A stretch of DNA of 64,000 nucleotides from Poseidonia sp. (GCA_030827475.1 JAUREJ010000005.1:2128-66127), one strand, 5' to 3'. Positions 1 to 10,202 are shown, numbered from the stretch's first letter. Notes: generated by a model not told the origin, from the letters alone. Made by a program: numbers and translations.

Positions 1-2
1 CC

Positions 3-1151
3 GTTCACGCCCACATAGAGTACACCTTCCTCGCTTCGCAATGAGAGGTCACTGCGCTCAAGACCGGGAAAGTGGAGGTGAATGCGTTCACCCTCTTCGC
101 TCAATTCGGTGACCATCCCCCGGTGAATCCGATGATGGAGCACCTGGCCCATGGCGTGAGGCCCAATGGCATCAGGGAAGGTGACAACATCCCCGTAAAG
201 CGTCCTGCCGACGTGACGAAGTGCGTCAACACCCACAATTTCGTGGTTAGCGAGGTCGAGCCGGCCCACGGTTACGCCTTCGAGTGCTGTTTCCAATTCA
301 TCAATACGTTCCAGTTCTTGTTGTCGTCGTTGCTGAAGGAACGGGTGGTCAAACTCGGGGGTGATTCGGTTGACGAGGCACCCTCCGATGGGCAGGTTGT
401 ATTCCTTCAACGATTGATGTGCACGCAAGGTTTCGTTGACACCCATACGCTCTGGAATGGTGACCAAGGTGAAAGCCGATGTTGAGGGGTCGCTCAGAAC
501 ACGCCGCACATGGAGCACCCTTCGGCGAAAGCGCTCAAGTTCCTCTTTCATGGCGTCGCTCTCTTTTCGCCCAAACAGCATGGAGCGAAGGCCGCCCGAT
601 ACACGCATCAAGCGCAGCAACCTGCCGGACCACGCTTCAATGAGTTCGGGAAGGGAAAGGAACCGCAAGGTGTGTCCTGTGGGAGCCGTATCAAACACAA
701 CAACGTCCCAGGTTGGGTTTTCCATGTGTTTGAGCAACTCGTCGAAGGCCAAGGCTTCGTCGAGACCGGGGAGAATCATGTCGGCGGTTTTGATGTCCGA
801 GCGTAAATCCTCCATCTCCTCTCTTGCAGACGGGTCCAGCATCATGCCGAGACCTCCCAATCCACCCATGCCGCCCGAACTCATGTTGTTCATGGCTTCA
901 CCAACCTTGGGCAATAAATTGGATAATTTCGCTTCGGGGTCCATTTCTAGACCAAATAAACCCGGAACACCCTCGACCTCGGTGGGAACGGTCCCCAACT
1001 CAACGTTCAACGAGTCCGAGGTTGAATGCGCCGGGTCACTTGAAACCAGCAGCACGCGAAGGCCCGCGTCCGCCAGCCAAACAGCCGTGGCGCACGAGGT
1101 TGTGGTTTTCCCAACGCCACCTTTTCCGCCGAACAACAACAGGCGAGCCAT
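3..1151 (-). CDS. ArsA/Get3(TRC40)-family ATPase with C-terminal HSP20/alpha-crystallin-like domain (3' end runs off the window)
   Basis: Absent from the ORF track because it has no stop in the window. Manual translation from ATG 1151 gives MARLLLFGGKGGVGKTTTS (deviant Walker A), SSDPAHSTSD, PGLDEALAF and FDTAPTGHTLRFL, ending ...RIHLHFPGLERSDLSLRSEEGVLYVGVN. Confidence 0.9.
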   Translation of the reverse strand, partial: MARLLLFGGKGGVGKTTTSCATAVWLADAGLRVLLVSSDPAHSTSDSLNVELGTVPTEVEGVPGLFGLEMDPEAKLSNLLPKVGEAMNNMSSGGMGGLGGLGMMLDPSAREEMEDLRSDIKTADMILPGLDEALAFDELLKHMENPTWDVVVFDTAPTGHTLRFLSLPELIEAWSGRLLRLMRVSGGLRSMLFGRKESDAMKEELERFRRRVLHVRRVLSDPSTSAFTLVTIPERMGVNETLRAHQSLKEYNLPIGGCLVNRITPEFDHPFLQQRRQQELERIDELETALEGVTVGRLDLANHEIVGVDALRHVGRTLYGDVVTFPDAIGPHAMGQVLHHRIHRGMVTELSEEGERIHLHFPGLERSDLSLRSEEGVLYVGVN

Positions 1152-1211
1152 GGATGGCCGAGTTGGCCAAGGTGTTTGAATTACACCCTTGACCTCTTTC
1201 CAGCCAAGGGT

Positions 1212-1219
1212 TTCATGAA
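1212..1219 (+). promoter_or_regulatory. Putative TATA-like box TTCATGAA preceded by AAGG
   Basis: Lies 29 nt upstream of ATG 1241. The same motif and spacing recur before several other genes (see findings). Confidence 0.5.
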
Positions 1220-1240
1220 GGGAGGCATGCAGGCACGGGC

Positions 1241-2032
1241 ATGGTTTCAGAACTCGTGCTCTTCCAGCTCTCGAGTTTCTGCGCCCTCATCGGCATGACG
1301 CTTGGCTGGCGTGGCGTGATGACCAAGTTTGCTGGATTTTACGACCTTCCAACGGCCTGGAGTCAGGTGTTTTGGGGCATCGTCCTTGGAGGCGCCTATG
1401 CGGTCATGGCCGATGGTCTCCTCTTTCGCCCGTATTACACGACGGTCATCAGCAGCGACAGCGTCTACACGGGGTTGAACATCATCTCGTTGATGATCGT
1501 GACCCTGTTCGCTTCCGTTTTTGCCCACCTTTTGCTGCGACGTTCTCGAGTTCGACGCGGGGGTTCGCAGCCGACCAGCGGGTGGGCTCTCGGCCTAGCA
1601 ATCGGCGGCATGCTGGCCATGGTCATGATGTTCAGGATGTTTGAGTTTGAGGACATCTTCACGGTCGCAGGTCTTGCCAACATCGCTCTGGTATCGGTTG
1701 TGACGCCACGCGCAGAAGCCCTCATCACGGCTCGCCACGGGTACATGATGCTCCAAGGTCGCCGCTGGGGAGCGGTTTTGCGATCAGCATTTTGGCGGGC
1801 TTCTTTCTTGGTTGCGTTGTACTTTGTGGTCTTCCAACCCGTTGGTTGGGTGTTCATTTTACCGTTTTTGTTTCTCGCAGCCCCCTCGGCCGAGACGTGG
1901 ATATGGGAATCGGTTCCAAAGGAAGGACGGCGACGACTTCGGCGCCTTTGGGCGGAACAAGCACGTACTGCTCAGGCCGGTCATGCCCAAGGGGTCGGCA
2001 AAGACCTCAATGTGCAAACCGAAGAGGAGTAA
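1241..2032 (+). CDS. Multi-pass membrane protein of unknown function
   Basis: 263-aa ORF with about 6-7 hydrophobic segments and a charged tail. Divergent from the ArsA/Get3 gene. Confidence 0.75.
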   Translation: MVSELVLFQLSSFCALIGMTLGWRGVMTKFAGFYDLPTAWSQVFWGIVLGGAYAVMADGLLFRPYYTTVISSDSVYTGLNIISLMIVTLFASVFAHLLLRRSRVRRGGSQPTSGWALGLAIGGMLAMVMMFRMFEFEDIFTVAGLANIALVSVVTPRAEALITARHGYMMLQGRRWGAVLRSAFWRASFLVALYFVVFQPVGWVFILPFLFLAAPSAETWIWESVPKEGRRRLRRLWAEQARTAQAGHAQGVGKDLNVQTEEE

Positions 2033-2113
2033 GTCTTCCCTTGTTTGATGCATGTCGATATGAATGGGCGTGAGTAAACCCACCAGTTGACCATCTTTTG
2101 AAGGCGGGTAATC

Positions 2114-3745
2114 TTGAGGAATCGTTATACGACGCCAGCCGAGCCAAAGGGCATGGGTGCTTGCCCGTATTGCCGCAGCACGGCGCTGCCCAGCGATACG
2201 ATTTGTTATTCGTGCGGCCGAGTTCTTCCCCAAGGGGACCGCTCGAGTTACCGCATGGAACAGCAGTTTAGCATGAAAGGCAACCGTGCTACCGCCTACA
2301 AAATGGCTCAGAAGCCCTCCCAGCGAGGGGTTGTTCAAACCCACACGGGTCGGCAACGAAACATCATGAAGCGGCGGAAAAACCGGTTTCGTAGCGTCGT
2401 TATGCTTGGCCTGGTGGCCTTCGTTATGCTTTCACCACAAGCCCAAGAAGCAATTTTTGGAGAGTTTGGTGGCGTAGAGGAGTTCCTTCAATCCCAACTC
2501 GCACCCTATCATGTCTATCCCATCGAGGCCACGTACACGCTGGCGAAAAACGCAGATGTCTCGATGTCGGGTAGCGGAGGGACCGGTGCGGTCACGGAGA
2601 GCATTCTCATCCCTCCGCTTCTCCGATCATCGCTGACCTCGTCGACCCAATTTACCACGTTGGGTGGGGCCAGCGAAACACCGGCCATCACGCTGCAAGA
2701 AACGCTCGAACTCGGGTTGGTGGTTGACGGTCAGGCGATCAATGTCCCTGTTGACGGCTTGCCCGACAAATCGTACGCCAACCGAATCACGACCAACACA
2801 GGGCACGAGGTTTGGTGGCCGAGCGTCGGAACCGGTGACGAGAAATGCGCCGTTGCAAAATGCATCAAAGTCCGCGTCAACATGAACTCTGGCGACTCGA
2901 TACGGTATTCGTTCCAAGTGAAAGTCAAGTCCACTTCGTTTTCCTGGTGGGACGACGGGCGAGTCGACGCCCGCATTGCAGGAAAGTCCACGGGAATCAA
3001 CGTCGAGAATTCCGGTACATTTGCTGACATCGCCCAGCGAGGAAACGGTGTTCGACAAAGCGATTTTGGAGGGGAACAGTGGTACTACAGAGACCCGCCT
3101 GTAAGCAACCACGCCATCGACGCACAGGACGCTTTGGTCGTCAGCACCGCCGACGCCATCGCATCAAGCCTTCCAGAGGGTTCATCAAGCAACGCCTATG
3201 CCTTCGCTCGGGCCACGTTTGACTATCTCCACGCATACGTTTCCTACGACCGAGATGCTCCATCAACGGCCCGGTCCGGCCCTCAGTGCCTTGCAGCAAA
3301 GACCGGAGATTGCGACGAGCAAACAAACGCCTTCTTCAGCATCCTGCGAACCAGAGGGATTCCCGGCTGGTACGCTTTTGGCGTGCTTGGTGACCCCTTC
3401 TACTCAAACGAAGGTTGGGAAGCTCACGCTTGGGGCTACATCCAATTGCCCCTCAAAGATGCATGGTGCGAAGAACGGAACATCGTTCTTCAGAGTTGCT
3501 TTGTTGAAGGCCAAGTCGACGTGGTGAACAACAAATGGATGCTGGCAACACCAACTGCCTACGTTGATTGGGTCGAAGAAGCGGACCCGTCCGGAACATT
3601 GGCTTACGAATATTATCATCCGGTTCGGAGCATTACCTATGACTCAGGCAGCATTCAGCGGCAACGAAGTTTCGAAACTTTGGGAGACGTGGTGTTCTCA
3701 GGTGGTACATACAAGGTGAAAATGTATCCCGAAGCGCTTGGTTGA
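2114..3745 (+). CDS. Membrane-anchored transglutaminase-like cysteine protease domain protein with N-terminal zinc ribbon
   Basis: CPYC..CYSC ribbon, a basic stretch then one TM helix (VVMLGLVAFVML), and transglutaminase motifs GDCDEQ, RTRGIP, HAW and a downstream Asp. The true start may be ATG 2153. Confidence 0.8.
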   Translation: MRNRYTTPAEPKGMGACPYCRSTALPSDTICYSCGRVLPQGDRSSYRMEQQFSMKGNRATAYKMAQKPSQRGVVQTHTGRQRNIMKRRKNRFRSVVMLGLVAFVMLSPQAQEAIFGEFGGVEEFLQSQLAPYHVYPIEATYTLAKNADVSMSGSGGTGAVTESILIPPLLRSSLTSSTQFTTLGGASETPAITLQETLELGLVVDGQAINVPVDGLPDKSYANRITTNTGHEVWWPSVGTGDEKCAVAKCIKVRVNMNSGDSIRYSFQVKVKSTSFSWWDDGRVDARIAGKSTGINVENSGTFADIAQRGNGVRQSDFGGEQWYYRDPPVSNHAIDAQDALVVSTADAIASSLPEGSSSNAYAFARATFDYLHAYVSYDRDAPSTARSGPQCLAAKTGDCDEQTNAFFSILRTRGIPGWYAFGVLGDPFYSNEGWEAHAWGYIQLPLKDAWCEERNIVLQSCFVEGQVDVVNNKWMLATPTAYVDWVEEADPSGTLAYEYYHPVRSITYDSGSIQRQRSFETLGDVVFSGGTYKVKMYPEALG

Positions 3746-3754
3746 GGTGAAATC

Positions 3755-5167
3755 ATGAGAATCATCATTGGGGGGGCAGGTCGCGTGGGAATTGCTTTGG
3801 CAAAATCGCTGGCCAACGACAAATACGACATCGTCGTCATCGACAACGATTCCAGGGCTGTTGCTACAGCCCAAGGGCTGGATTGCCTTGTGATTCACGG
3901 CAGCATCACCTCTCGAGAGAAATTGCTCGAGGCCGGCATTGCGAACGCCGAAGTGTTTGTTGCAGCCACGCCTTCCGACGAAGCCAACCTCATTGCTTGC
4001 GCCATTGCTGAGCATGCCTACGTTGAAGAAGGGGGTAAATCGGCCCTCAACAGCATTTGCCGCTTACGAGATTCAACTTACATCGAAGAGTTCCGCAATG
4101 GCCATCTGACCAAGTGGGCAAACGTTGATCACGTCGTCAACCCGTTACGAGGGGCCATCGGACGATTGAACGCTGGCCTTCGTTCAACCGACCTTGAAGA
4201 AGTGGTGAATTTCGAAGATGATGCTTATGTTCTTGAGTTCGACGTCGCCAAAACAGCTCGTAACCTCGTAGGTCGCCCCCTCGGTGAAGTCAAAGAGGAC
4301 TTCGTTCATGGCTTGCCAAACATCGTCGGTGTGAAGCGGGAGGGTCAGAAAAGTTTCATTCCAAACGATGAGAGCATCCTTGAGATCGGGGACAGGGTCG
4401 CCGTGGCTGTTGTTGGATTTGATAAGTTCAATCCAGCCCTCATCACCTTTGGGCATGAGGTGAGAAGCTTCCCTGAACACCCGAAAGTGGTCATTGTTGG
4501 TGCGACCAAAAACGGTACCATAATGGCCGAAGATTGGCTCAAACACGATGCTCATGTTACCGTACTTGAGCGAGATTTGAATCTAGCAAACGAACTCTCG
4601 GGCTCCAACATTGGGGGTCATCCGAATCTGGATGTGATTCACGGCGACCACCTCGACAGGGAAGTTCTTGCCGAAATTTCTATTGAAAAATTCGATGTTG
4701 CTCTGAGTGCGCTTTCCGATGACCACGCGAACATCGCAGCCGTTCTCCTCCTTTCCGACCTCGGCGTTCCGCATACAGGTCTCATGCTGAACGATGCCGA
4801 TTTGGTGAAGGTCACGCAACGAATGGGGATCTCGTTTGCTGTTGACCGACACCGAGTTGCAGTAAGCAACATTTTGACCCATATTTATCAAAGTACGTCG
4901 GGTCATTTCGCCCTGCTTGCTGAAATTCCGAATGTGGTCGGTATCACCTTAGAAGTGACGGAGAAGGCGAAATTCGCCGGAAAGAAAGTTGGCGAGGCGA
5001 ACTTTCCAGATTGGCTTCGACCTGCCTTCATCAAACGACAAAACCTCTCCGGCTCGTGGAGCTCCTTGGAACCTCGGCCTGACGAACTGCTGCTGGAGAA
5101 CGACAGAGTCGTCGTCTTTTGTCTCAAGGAGAAGGTTTCAGAAGCCCAGAAGAGATTCAAGGTGTGA
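3755..5167 (+). CDS. trkA: Trk potassium uptake system NAD-binding subunit
   Basis: IIIGGAGRVG Rossmann motif, tandem RCK_N/RCK_C repeats and DEANLIAC. Adjacent to trkH. Confidence 0.92.
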   Translation: MRIIIGGAGRVGIALAKSLANDKYDIVVIDNDSRAVATAQGLDCLVIHGSITSREKLLEAGIANAEVFVAATPSDEANLIACAIAEHAYVEEGGKSALNSICRLRDSTYIEEFRNGHLTKWANVDHVVNPLRGAIGRLNAGLRSTDLEEVVNFEDDAYVLEFDVAKTARNLVGRPLGEVKEDFVHGLPNIVGVKREGQKSFIPNDESILEIGDRVAVAVVGFDKFNPALITFGHEVRSFPEHPKVVIVGATKNGTIMAEDWLKHDAHVTVLERDLNLANELSGSNIGGHPNLDVIHGDHLDREVLAEISIEKFDVALSALSDDHANIAAVLLLSDLGVPHTGLMLNDADLVKVTQRMGISFAVDRHRVAVSNILTHIYQSTSGHFALLAEIPNVVGITLEVTEKAKFAGKKVGEANFPDWLRPAFIKRQNLSGSWSSLEPRPDELLLENDRVVVFCLKEKVSEAQKRFKV

Positions 5168-5169
5168 CC

Positions 5170-6816
5170 ATGCGTTACGACGTCCTCAACTTGATCTTGG
5201 GTTGGACCCTTGTCGCTCTCACGGTCCCGCTAATTGCGTGTTTTTTGATCACCTGGGCACTTGACGGATTGGAACTTGCGATTCAGGCGTTTTTACCTGC
5301 GGTAGCGATAAGCTCCGGTTTGGGAACCGTTTTGCTAGCGTTTTTTACGCGTACCGATTCAGCAGAACGTTTACGGGATTTGGAAGCCTTTGTCGGGGTT
5401 GGCTTGGTTTGGCCAGTGACGGTGTTTATCGGGGCCATGCCGTTCTGGTTTGGTGGTATGTTCGTCGGTCCACTCACGGATGGAGCAGCCTTCATCGACA
5501 TCGCCCGAGGTTTCGTGAATTCTTGGTTCGAGTCCATGTCGGGATTTACCACGACCGGTGCGACGGTTATCTCGCATTCCATGAGTCCGAATTGCATCCC
5601 TGGTGCCACGCCGGATTGCATCTATGCGCAACCTCGAGGCTTGTTGATTTGGCGTTCCCTCACCCAATGGTTTGGCGGAATGGGAATCATCATGCTCGGG
5701 ATGATGATCTTGAGCCGGGTGATCGGCGGGGGCATGGCGCTTGCACGTGCAGAATTGACCGGCCCGTCCCTCTCAAGGCTACGGCCAAAATTGAAGCAGA
5801 CAGCGTTTGCGTTGTGGGGGCTCTATCTCTTTCTCACCTTCACCGAATTTTTATTGCTCTACTTCACGGGAGCGATGGACCTGTTTGATTCGGTGAACCA
5901 CGCATTAACGACCATGCCTTCTGGCGGATACTCAACACGAGACAGCAGCATTGGCTACTACGATTCGCCGCTTGTTGAATCAATCATCGTGGTGTTCATG
6001 TTTTTGGCAGGGGTGAATTTTGCTCTGCTGTGGTTCGTGAGGGGCGGCGAATTCGGGCGAGCCTTCAAAGACGAAGAGTTTCGGCTCTACCTTGCCTACA
6101 TACTCATCGCCATTTTGGCTTTGAAATTGGCGTTGTACACCTCGGGTGTTGGTCTTACCACCGGGATACGGGAGAGCGTTTTCCAGGCCGTCTCCTTCGG
6201 AACCTCCACGGGGTACACTTCCACCAACTACATGGATGGTTCTTGGCCCCTCGTGGCTCACATTATTCTCTTCATCCTCATGGTTGTTGGGGCAAGCGCA
6301 GGCTCAACAGCAGGTGGTCTCAAGTTGCTCAGAGTCAACATCGCATTCAAAATCGCCATGCGTGAACTTGCTCGAATTGCTCAACCTCGTAAAGTTCAGC
6401 AAATTCGGATGAACGGTGAGGTGGTTGAAGATAAACAGCTCGGGCTCATCGTTGGTATGCTCTTCGTTTGGGTCGGTTTGTTTTTCATTTCAAGCGTGAT
6501 CCTCGCCATCTTCATGCCAGACGCATCGTTTGAGAGTGTGACCATGGTCGTGGCGAGTTCATTGGGGAACACCGGACCGACACTTGGTGATTACGGGCCG
6601 GAGGAAACGTGGGGGTCCATGAATTCCGGTGCTCTTCTTTTCACCTCGATTTTGATGTGGTTCGGACGGTTGGAATTGTTGACCGCCATTCTCCTGCTTC
6701 ACCCGCACAACTGGCGTCGTGAAGACAAATCCGATGGAGAGCGGCAAGGGATGGCCGTGGTGAAACGCATGCTCGACCGAGACGAAGATGAATCCAATCA
6801 AAACAAGGTTGTTTGA
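5170..6816 (+). CDS. trkH: Trk potassium uptake system membrane subunit
   Basis: FESMSGFTTTGATV, QWFGGMGII, GSTAGGLKLLR, LGNTGP and MWFGRLE pore motifs. ATG at 5170. Confidence 0.95.
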   Translation: MRYDVLNLILGWTLVALTVPLIACFLITWALDGLELAIQAFLPAVAISSGLGTVLLAFFTRTDSAERLRDLEAFVGVGLVWPVTVFIGAMPFWFGGMFVGPLTDGAAFIDIARGFVNSWFESMSGFTTTGATVISHSMSPNCIPGATPDCIYAQPRGLLIWRSLTQWFGGMGIIMLGMMILSRVIGGGMALARAELTGPSLSRLRPKLKQTAFALWGLYLFLTFTEFLLLYFTGAMDLFDSVNHALTTMPSGGYSTRDSSIGYYDSPLVESIIVVFMFLAGVNFALLWFVRGGEFGRAFKDEEFRLYLAYILIAILALKLALYTSGVGLTTGIRESVFQAVSFGTSTGYTSTNYMDGSWPLVAHIILFILMVVGASAGSTAGGLKLLRVNIAFKIAMRELARIAQPRKVQQIRMNGEVVEDKQLGLIVGMLFVWVGLFFISSVILAIFMPDASFESVTMVVASSLGNTGPTLGDYGPEETWGSMNSGALLFTSILMWFGRLELLTAILLLHPHNWRREDKSDGERQGMAVVKRMLDRDEDESNQNKVV

Positions 6817-8375
6817 CCTGCAGGTGGCTGACCATCTTCCTGTTCCGCCTCATCATGATGGGGGTGGACTGGCTCCTCCACCACGCGAACCGGCTCGCTT
6901 CGAGGCGTGGGGCGCCTTGTTTCATCCTCGTGTTTCAGCCATGCCGCATCGTAAGCCGCCATCAGCTCTTTTGAGGAGCGTCGCGATTTGGCCATGCCGG
7001 TGAGCGAAAGATGCTCCTCTGCAGTAAATCCAAGGTGAATCGAGGTGGTGAAATGCTCGGGGTTGCCCAACGGTGAATCCGGTTGTGCCAGGGTGAGGAG
7101 CGGTTGAAGGAAATCTTCTCTCGTCGCAACTTGGCTGGTTGAGCACCATTCGGACAATTTCCCGATCATTCCGCCTCTGCCTACAGAACCGCTGCGTCGT
7201 AGAAAGTTCGGATAATTTGGATACAACTTGCCTTTCAGCGGAACACGGTTGGCCACTGAGGCTGAGAGGGCACTGAGGTGTTGTGTCCAGTAAGTTGAGC
7301 GGTGTGCTTGGTTGATGAAACGCCCCATGAAGTTCCGATCGGCTTGAACCAGTGTCCGGCTGCCTCGCCGAACGCTCTTTGCGTCCGTAAAGAGGGATGC
7401 GTTATTCCAATGCACCCAGGCCAGGAAATCTTGAGGCTCTTTGTCAATGGTTCTGATGACTTCGGATGCTTCACTCGAGGCGCTCATTCTATAGAGGTTC
7501 TCGAGCCCCGGAAAAATTTCCACCGTGATGTCACGCTGACTGGCCTCAACGTGGTGGAGCACGATTGATTTTGTCAACGGTTTCCCGTTCAAGCCAGCCG
7601 TCATCACTTGAAGGTCGCGGACCAATGCTCTGAGGTCACCGTGGTTGGTTTGGGCCAATGCGTTGATGGCCTCATCGTCGAAGTCGATCTTCTCTTCCCG
7701 GAGAACCCGGCGTGCGATTCGGCGAAGTGCCTCGTCGCTGGCGCGTACGAAATTGATCTTCAGGACATGTTTTGTGAATCGGTCGCGGGTTGACCGCCAA
7801 GATGAGTTGCGCCCCCACAAACCCATTTCTTCGTTGCAAGCCAACATCACGGGTTGTTTTGTTTGCTGCAGCAGGCTGAGCAATTCGGCTTTTCCTCCCG
7901 AGTCTCCCGAGAGGGAGGCATTTGGACCTTCCTCGCCCGTCATCGCCCGATTGATTCGGTCTTGACTGACCTGGCGAAGCCCGCCGCTCAAATGGTCCAC
8001 TTCATCAAGCAAGACAAGTGTCCGAGATGGTGGGGCGTTGGGGTCGTGAAAGAGCGATCGGTGGATGGCTCCGCTCGTGGCCGCTTTCCGAATTGCTGCT
8101 GCGTTTCGGTCATCGCTTGCGTTCAATTCGACGACGTTCCAGCCCATGTCCTCTGCTATGGCCCGAGCGACCGTTGTTTTCCCAACACCTGGAGGTCCGA
8201 CCAATAGCAAGGCTTTCTTATTGGGAACGCCGTTCCGCCATTCGTCCAACCACGCACGAATTTTCCTTCGTTGGACATCATTTCCCTCCAACGATTGTTC
8301 CGAACGAGGCCGATGCCGCTCGGTCCAGTCGCTGGGTTGCTGCATCGTTGCAAAATCCGGTGGAGGGTTCTTCAA
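6798..8375 (-). CDS. rfcL: Replication factor C large subunit
   Basis: WTERHRP, GPPGVGKTT, ELNASDDR, LLDEVD and GDLRA motifs. GGAGGTG RBS before the TTG start. Confidence 0.9.
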   Translation of the reverse strand: MKNPPPDFATMQQPSDWTERHRPRSEQSLEGNDVQRRKIRAWLDEWRNGVPNKKALLLVGPPGVGKTTVARAIAEDMGWNVVELNASDDRNAAAIRKAATSGAIHRSLFHDPNAPPSRTLVLLDEVDHLSGGLRQVSQDRINRAMTGEEGPNASLSGDSGGKAELLSLLQQTKQPVMLACNEEMGLWGRNSSWRSTRDRFTKHVLKINFVRASDEALRRIARRVLREEKIDFDDEAINALAQTNHGDLRALVRDLQVMTAGLNGKPLTKSIVLHHVEASQRDITVEIFPGLENLYRMSASSEASEVIRTIDKEPQDFLAWVHWNNASLFTDAKSVRRGSRTLVQADRNFMGRFINQAHRSTYWTQHLSALSASVANRVPLKGKLYPNYPNFLRRSGSVGRGGMIGKLSEWCSTSQVATREDFLQPLLTLAQPDSPLGNPEHFTTSIHLGFTAEEHLSLTGMAKSRRSSKELMAAYDAAWLKHEDETRRPTPRSEPVRVVEEPVHPHHDEAEQEDGQPPAGQTTLF

Positions 8376-8420
8376 CCTTCACCTCCATGGAGGCTGGGAA
8401 TGCGGTTCCCATTTGGAACA

Positions 8421-10133
8421 TCAGAGACGGTCAATCGGCACACGTAACTGCTTTCCGGTGTCACGATCTCGCAATGTGACCGTCCCGTCTTCGAGGGTTT
8501 GGTGATCGACCGTCACGCATTGGGGGATCCCAATTTCATCGGCTCTCGCATAGCGGCGACCAATGGAACCGCTTCCGTCGTACATGGAGAAGGTGCCTGT
8601 TCGGGCGCATAATCGCCGGTGGATTTCAGCAGCGGTTGCGTCCATGCCGTCTTTTTCATAGAGGGGGAAAACCGCAATGTCAACAGGGGCGACAGCTGGG
8701 GTGAATTGCATCACCGTGTAGGTTTCCCCGTTCTTTTCCAGCTCAGCATAGGCGTGGTCAATGACATGCCAGATGATTCGGTCAATTCCAAAAGCGGGTT
8801 CTATGACGTGGGGAATGAACCACTCGCCCGTTTCCTTCACCGTTTTCTTGTTCGGTTTGACATGTTCTGGGCCCACCACCACGACCTCACCGTTTTCAAG
8901 CGTCAGTGTGGCGGGGAAATCGGTGTCTTTTGACAGGGCTTCAACGGCGATTTTCACCAAGCCGGCATTGGCTTTGAAGGCAGGGCCGGCGGTTGACCCA
9001 TCGATGGTCCATGCATCGATAACGGTGGTGCGAGGCTCGTCAAACTCACGGCGGGCTCGAAGCGTCTTTCCAGTGGCCCGTTCATGACTCTCAAGGTCGT
9101 AACATCCTCGATGAGCGATGCCGACGCATTCAATCCAGCCATAACTACCCTCAATTTCAGCATCCCAACAATCCATGGCGTAGTGAGCCATTTCATCACC
9201 TTCGTGTTGTCTGAACCTTATCCGCTTGGTGTCAATACCAACCGCTTCCAAGAACTCGTGCGTGATGCCCATGAATCGTGCAACGGTTGAATGACGAATG
9301 ACACCCTGTTGGCACGCAGCACTCAAGGTCATCTTTACCGGGCTCTTACCATCAGGTACAAGCCACAAAGGCGTGGTGTCCCATGGCGTCAAATCGTCGT
9401 TTGGAGCGGATTCCGGGTCGATGAAATATTCCAATTCTGCCATGTTGAATTCCCGCAGGCGAATCATGCCTTGGCGCGGTGAAATTTCGTTTCTGTATCC
9501 TTTTCCAACCTGCATTGCGCCGAAGGGTAAACGCTCACGAAAGTGTCGGTACAAGGCATTGAACGAGGTGAACATGCCTTGAGCGGTTTCAGGACGAAGA
9601 AAACCTGGCCGTCCGGAAGCGCCTGCTCCAATGGTCGTGTTGAACATCAGATTTTGTGCTACGACCTCGCTCCACGAGGCTTCTCCACATGCTGGGCAAA
9701 CAGGTTCCTCCTGGGCCAGGAGATTTTGCAGGTCGTCTCGTTTCAGTGCATCTGGGTTTGGGTGGTAAGGCTCGAGAAGGGTGTCGGCCCGACTTGCTTC
9801 TTCGCAGGCCATGCATTGGGTCATAAAATCAGAAAATTCACCGACGTGACCGCTTGCTTCTAACACGGCGTAGGGCGTGACGGTTGGACAGGAGATTTCG
9901 ACCACGTTTCCCAGTTTAAGCCAGTGATGAAGCCATTCTTGGTTCACTTTTGACCGAATTCTTCCGCCAACAGGTCCAAAGTCGTAGAGGCCTTTTGAAC
10001 CGCCGTGAATTTCGAACGAGGGGAGAAGAAAACCGCGCCGTTTGAGCATGCCGTTTAAGCGGTCGAGTCGTTCTTCGTCCGTCACGGTGGTCGCCCTCGT
10101 CTGTGGCTGGGATGAGGCCTCTATGAACTTCAC
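8421..10133 (-). CDS. glyS: Glycine--tRNA ligase (alpha2, archaeal/eukaryotic type)
   Basis: YDFGPVG, LRPETAQG, RNEISPRQGMIRLREF, EMAHYA, VIEPAFGIDR and GSIGRRYARADEIG motifs. Confidence 0.97.
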   Translation of the reverse strand: MKFIEASSQPQTRATTVTDEERLDRLNGMLKRRGFLLPSFEIHGGSKGLYDFGPVGGRIRSKVNQEWLHHWLKLGNVVEISCPTVTPYAVLEASGHVGEFSDFMTQCMACEEASRADTLLEPYHPNPDALKRDDLQNLLAQEEPVCPACGEASWSEVVAQNLMFNTTIGAGASGRPGFLRPETAQGMFTSFNALYRHFRERLPFGAMQVGKGYRNEISPRQGMIRLREFNMAELEYFIDPESAPNDDLTPWDTTPLWLVPDGKSPVKMTLSAACQQGVIRHSTVARFMGITHEFLEAVGIDTKRIRFRQHEGDEMAHYAMDCWDAEIEGSYGWIECVGIAHRGCYDLESHERATGKTLRARREFDEPRTTVIDAWTIDGSTAGPAFKANAGLVKIAVEALSKDTDFPATLTLENGEVVVVGPEHVKPNKKTVKETGEWFIPHVIEPAFGIDRIIWHVIDHAYAELEKNGETYTVMQFTPAVAPVDIAVFPLYEKDGMDATAAEIHRRLCARTGTFSMYDGSGSIGRRYARADEIGIPQCVTVDHQTLEDGTVTLRDRDTGKQLRVPIDRL

Positions 10134-10202
10134 CGAGTTTCTTTACCTCGCTCCCTTGTTTGTAAGACACATCATTATAGCAAGGGGCTGTGCTTTCCAA
10201 TC

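Noticed and set aside
72..1192. Plus-strand ORFs 72-485, 436-1179, 510-806 and 824-1192
   Set aside because: They are antisense shadows of the minus-strand ArsA/Get3 gene and have no motifs of their own.
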